Below are positions 28,329 to 32,000 of a stretch of 32,000 nt of DNA, one piece after another. The notes below the pieces were generated by a model. The model had not been told where the DNA came from, did no database searches, and saw nothing but the letters and a program-made list of their open reading frames with translations. The stretch is from an uncultured Lentisphaeria bacterium. Lineage in GTDB: Bacteria; Verrucomicrobiota; Lentisphaeria; JABSQK01; JAJFLO01. The translations under genes and the position numbers were made by a program. Each line of letters starts with the position of its first letter. Position 1 is the first letter of the stretch. Location: NCBI GenBank assembly GCA_951812855.1, contig OX638337.1, positions 1,020,001 to 1,052,000 on the forward strand, read 5' to 3'.

Positions 28329-28868
28329 ATGGCATATAGTAACCAAAATGTTACCAGGGAACAAACCCATTTTACGCTTTTAGAAATCATTATCGTCTTA
28401 GTTATTTTTGGATTAGTTTTAGGAATCTTAGCACCAAGGCTTGGGCATATTTCTTCTGGCATTATTCGTTCAGACGCGATAAAAAATATTAAATCTTCCT
28501 TTTATATGGCTTCAAGCATCGCAGCTGCTACAGGAAAACCGGTAAAACTCAAATTCGATATTGAGGAAAAGTCTATTGATATTAATCATTCCAAAGCGTT
28601 GAACACGAGTCATGCAGATGATGATTTTGATACTCCGGGAGGTAGTATTTTTGACGATCTAAAACAATTTAAACTCCCCGGGAGTACAGAGATAGATCCT
28701 AATTCACCTCACAGTTTTTCTGAAAATGCATTCGAATACAGTTTTTATCCGAATGGTGAAGCAGCGGGTCCAAAAATTTCTATTCTGATTGAACAAAGCA
28801 TTATTTTATCGATTGATATTGATCGTTTAACCGGTAAACCTGTGATTGCTGCAGATGAATTCAACTAA
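28329..28868 (+). CDS. Minor pseudopilin, GspH-like
   Basis: 179-aa ORF with a prepilin-type N-terminus (FTLLEIIIVLVIFGLVLGILAP). The H assignment rests on its position after gspG and its size. Confidence 0.6.
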   Translation: MAYSNQNVTREQTHFTLLEIIIVLVIFGLVLGILAPRLGHISSGIIRSDAIKNIKSSFYMASSIAAATGKPVKLKFDIEEKSIDINHSKALNTSHADDDFDTPGGSIFDDLKQFKLPGSTEIDPNSPHSFSENAFEYSFYPNGEAAGPKISILIEQSIILSIDIDRLTGKPVIAADEFN

Positions 28869-29256
28869 ACAATTTACTCTAATTGAAGTCCTGTTAGCGA
28901 TGGTAGTTCTCGCCTTATCCCTTGGTGTCACGCTGGCAATTTCTGCACAGGCAAAAGGGGATATAATAAGAGCACAACAACGTTGGATTATGCAGCATTC
29001 TCTCGAACAGGTTGTTGAATATTGTTTGCTCGCAGATCCTGACCATATAAATATTCCGGACGATTTGCTGCCAGAGGGATTCTCAGCTGAATGCAACGTA
29101 GAAATTGTGGAAAATGGACTCCCTGAATTTGCAACCGTTGATGATTATAAAGGATGGCAGCTGGGAGTGTATACCGTTACTCTTTATAATAACTCGGCCA
29201 ATTTGACCAGTGAACAGATGGTCCATAAACTGATTCCACGCGATCGTGGGTTATGA
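28855..29256 (+). CDS. Minor pseudopilin, GspI-like
   Basis: About 133-aa ORF with N-terminus MNSTKQFTLIEVLLAMVVLALSLG. It overlaps the preceding gene. The ORF track began at TTG 28846. The I assignment rests on order and size. Confidence 0.6.
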   Translation: MNSTKQFTLIEVLLAMVVLALSLGVTLAISAQAKGDIIRAQQRWIMQHSLEQVVEYCLLADPDHINIPDDLLPEGFSAECNVEIVENGLPEFATVDDYKGWQLGVYTVTLYNNSANLTSEQMVHKLIPRDRGL

Positions 29257-29903
29257 TGATTAAATCGAATCAGATGAAAAAGAAGTTTACTCTTATTGAG
29301 GTTATCATTGCCATATCACTTTTAGTTACAGTGATCGGTATTTTATTTCTGGGTACAGGAACTGTTATGAGTTCCTGGGAACAGCTGGGCAGGCATACAA
29401 AGAGTCTGGAGGAACTTTTCCTTTTAGATCGCAGCCTGGATTCTATACTCACAAATATCATCCCGATGACCTGGCCTAATGAAGAGAATAATAAACAGGA
29501 ATCGTTATTTACCGGTGACAGTGACAGGGTTGTTTTTAGTTATATCCATTCATTTAATCGACTCGAAGACGGTGCAATTCGTACATGTAATATGTTTGTT
29601 GAGGATGAAGCGTTAGTTATATATTATTGCGAGCGGCCGCCTTTTCCTGAAAATTTAAATTCGGAAATAGTAAAGCGATCGATATTAGCTTACGACATTG
29701 ATTCTGTTCGTTTTACCTACGTCGATCTGGATGAGGGTAACCTTGAATTTAAGGATACCTGGGAAGATGAAGATTACCTTCCACTGGGAATTCGAGTTGA
29801 TGTCAGATTTATGAATGGCACCAGACAGAGTTGGTTTCGAAGAACTGCCGGATCATCATTTTACGAGCGGTGGGGGAAGTATGAGCAGAAAGAACGCACA
29901 TGA
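29253..29903 (+). CDS. Minor pseudopilin, GspJ-like
   Basis: 216-aa ORF with N-terminus ...KKKFTLIEVIIAISLLVTVIG. It has a 4-nt ATGA-type overlap with the previous gene. The J assignment rests on order and size. Confidence 0.6.
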   Translation: MMIKSNQMKKKFTLIEVIIAISLLVTVIGILFLGTGTVMSSWEQLGRHTKSLEELFLLDRSLDSILTNIIPMTWPNEENNKQESLFTGDSDRVVFSYIHSFNRLEDGAIRTCNMFVEDEALVIYYCERPPFPENLNSEIVKRSILAYDIDSVRFTYVDLDEGNLEFKDTWEDEDYLPLGIRVDVRFMNGTRQSWFRRTAGSSFYERWGKYEQKERT

Positions 29904-30985
29904 AACCGCTCCCGCATCATTATCGTCCCGGTGATATCCCGTTAAAAAATGAGAATGGTTTGGCATTGATTATAGTCCTGGGAGTTGTCAGTCTCTTTAC
30001 GGTACTTTCGGGTATGCTGATCAGCTCTTCCAAAGTAGCGGGAATCAGTTCAAGAATCAATGTTGACCGAAGTCGAGCTAAATATGCTGCAGAATCTGCA
30101 ACGGCATTCACACATTGGATGGTAATGAATTACAACTTCAACCGTCCTAAGGAATTGATTGAGGAGGATTCTGAGGAGGAGGCCTGGCTGGCTGATGGGA
30201 CTGTTCATAAACTTAATATGGTGGACGGGCTGACCGCTGAAGTAAAAATTTTTGATGTTAACCGTGGATGGAATATACGGAAACTTCGAAATGAAAAATC
30301 AAAACTGATTAATCGTTATGCCCTGGAAGATGACGAAAAACGGGAAGAATATAACCGATTTTTTGCTGTGTTTAACGACTATATAGACCGGGATAACAAA
30401 AATCGCAGCCACCCGGATTACGGAATGGAAAATGATGATTATGATGCATTGGGTTTTGAAAATTTTCCACGTAACAGCAGTGTTGTTTTCAGAGAAGAGA
30501 TGTATTGGTTGGACAGTGTAAAATTTCTGGTGCCTAACTTAGGAGATTTGGAATCGTCCACTGCCTTGCCTGATGATTTATTCAGGGTCATCGCTCCACG
30601 TGGTATATCTGATCCGGGGTCAAATCAGTATTCATTTTGGTCAGCGCCAATGCATTGGCTCGAATCAAATATCCGTGATGGATTTTCAGGTTCAGAACGA
30701 AGTATAGTTTCAGAATGTCGGGAAAATGGATTTACTGATGAGCTAACCTTGCAGGAGTGTTTGGGATTTGACTTATTTTCGAAATTAAAATCAATTAGAG
30801 GATTATCATTTGATCCCAGGAGTACACAGGTTTATACAATTGATGTTACTGTCTCAAGTGTTAACGGAGAGATTAATCGCCGGATGGTCAGCACAATAAA
30901 TTTGAAGAATATACCTGCATTTGTCGGAAATAGTAATGTTGGGCGGATGGTTACTCTTCCCTACTGGCAAAAAATATTTTATTGA
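29900..30985 (+). CDS. Minor pseudopilin, GspK-like
   Basis: 361-aa ORF with N-terminus NENGLALIIVLGVVSLFTVL. There is a Gly before the hydrophobic segment and no Glu at +5, as is usual for GspK. It is the largest of the minor pseudopilins and has an ATGA overlap with the previous gene. Confidence 0.55.
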   Translation: MKPLPHHYRPGDIPLKNENGLALIIVLGVVSLFTVLSGMLISSSKVAGISSRINVDRSRAKYAAESATAFTHWMVMNYNFNRPKELIEEDSEEEAWLADGTVHKLNMVDGLTAEVKIFDVNRGWNIRKLRNEKSKLINRYALEDDEKREEYNRFFAVFNDYIDRDNKNRSHPDYGMENDDYDALGFENFPRNSSVVFREEMYWLDSVKFLVPNLGDLESSTALPDDLFRVIAPRGISDPGSNQYSFWSAPMHWLESNIRDGFSGSERSIVSECRENGFTDELTLQECLGFDLFSKLKSIRGLSFDPRSTQVYTIDVTVSSVNGEINRRMVSTINLKNIPAFVGNSNVGRMVTLPYWQKIFY

Positions 30986-31265
30986 ACCCCGTATAAAGAG
31001 TCTTCGAATAATTTTGCAGGTTATTTTCTTTTGCAATACTTTTTTTGAATTCAGTGATGATAATTGAGGTGATTGCAAACGTATATTCCGCCGGTAATAA
31101 TCTTACATATGTGTTCAGCATGTCTGTACTTAAGGGCTGACGCAGACTTTTGATATTACCTCATTATCGCATCAATCAATAAGGTTAAATTCTATAAACA
31201 CGTCAAGGCTGCCTGGGAATAAAGCTGGTTCTTATGACGATTCAAACCAGCATAAACAGATCGGT

Positions 31266-32000
31266 ATGAGGGTTATTGAAGCAACGATTTTGTTAATTGT
31301 TGTTTCTGGATTGGGACCTGGGGTTATTATATCATTGAAGGCTGGAACTTGTTTGATTCTTTTTATATGACTATAATAACCCTGGCAACAGTTGGTTATG
31401 GAGAAACCCATGATCTGAGTACAATGGGGCGTCTATTTACGGTATGCCTCATTATTGTTTCTATTGGTGTTGTCGGTTATGGGGTGTCTAATTTGGCTGC
31501 ATTTGTTGTCGAAGGTGAATTTCAACGTATTATTCAGGGGTCGAAGGTGAATTTCAACGTATTATTCAGGGTCGGAAAATGGATAAACGAATCGCAAAAA
31601 TGAAAGGTCATATAATTCTTTGCGGTGCTGGACATAATGGGAAATGTGTTGCGATGGAATTTTTCAAAACACATACTCCATTTGTTGTGATTGAAAGACA
31701 ATCACAATATATTGAGGATATTTTGGAAATTGGTGATATTCCTTATATACAGGGCGATGCGACAGCTGACAGTGATCTTATATCAGCAGGTATACATCGT
31801 GCTAAAGTGTGACTTCTCTATCTGATGACAAGGATAATACCTTTGTTGTACTGAGTGCCCGTTCACTGAATGCTAATTAAAAAATTATTTCCAGGAATAT
31901 TGAAATCCAGAATGCTGAAAAACTTCGGAAAGCCGGATCTGATGAGGTTATTTCTCCGAATTCAATTGGTGGTTTGCGAATAGCTTCGACAATGATTCAT
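31266..32000 (+). pseudogene. 2-TM K+ channel with a C-terminal RCK/TrkA-N domain, multiply disrupted; continues past the window end
   Basis: Pieces read in three frames. The first is MRVIEATILLIVVSG. After a frameshift it continues IGTWGYYIIEGWNLFDSFYMTIITLATVGYGE (K+ selectivity filter) ...AAFVVEGEFQRIIQG. After the 32-bp duplication it continues RKMDKRIAKMKGHIILCGAGHNGK (Rossmann GxGxxG of RCK) ...AGIHRAKV. After another frameshift it continues TSLSDDKDNTFVVLSARSLNAN, an in-frame TAA, then KIISRNIEIQNAEKLRKAGSDEVISPNSIGG.... Confidence 0.8.
31508..31571. repeat. Perfect tandem duplication, 32 bp x 2 (GTCGAAGGTGAATTTCAACGTATTATTCAGGG) inside the K+ channel gene
   Basis: Read directly: 31508-31539 equals 31540-31571. 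Since 32 is not a multiple of 3, it shifts the frame. Deleting one copy joins ORFs 31349-31603 and 31579-31812 into ...VVEGEFQRIIQGRKMDKRIAKMKGHIILCGAG.... Confidence 0.95.

Overview
This is an AT-rich (by eye about 35-40% GC) bacterial chromosomal segment that uses the standard genetic code; TGA terminates dprA, topA and several other intact genes. No homology search or folding was run, so all calls rest on motifs read from the sequence.

Content is mostly housekeeping:
- aroB-dprA-topA
- an activated-methyl-cycle cluster on the minus strand (metK, a PfkB adenosine-kinase-like gene, ahcY)
- a eukaryotic-type UDP-sugar pyrophosphorylase with a coupled 110-aa ORF
- a HAD nucleotidase-like gene, a pseudouridine synthase and a Gfo/Idh/MocA oxidoreductase
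- tatC and tatA
- yjbQ-thiF-thiS, then tRNA-Ser(GGA)
- pheS, a secreted HEXXH protein, a GlmU-like gene and carA
- a partial type II secretion cluster: a small unknown gene, then gspF, then gspG-H-I-J-K-like genes

I found no rRNA, CRISPR array, intact mobile element or recognisable multi-gene defence system.

The observations most worth a second look:
1. An unannotated RHS/YD-repeat remnant (23667-24312) whose only in-frame stops in its well-supported part are TGA.
2. A K+ channel/RCK gene (31266 to the window end) broken by a perfect 32-bp tandem duplication plus three further lesions.
3. A yjbQ gene split at an A7 run that has the form of a -1 slippery site.
4. Four pseudopilins that keep Phe+1 and Glu+5 but all lack the canonical Gly at -1.
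5. A T2SS cluster with no ATPase, secretin or C/L/M genes nearby, where a small unknown ORF is coupled to gspF.

Together the disrupted loci point to relaxed selection and gene decay, or partly to assembly errors. I cannot claim a clearly novel system from sequence alone.
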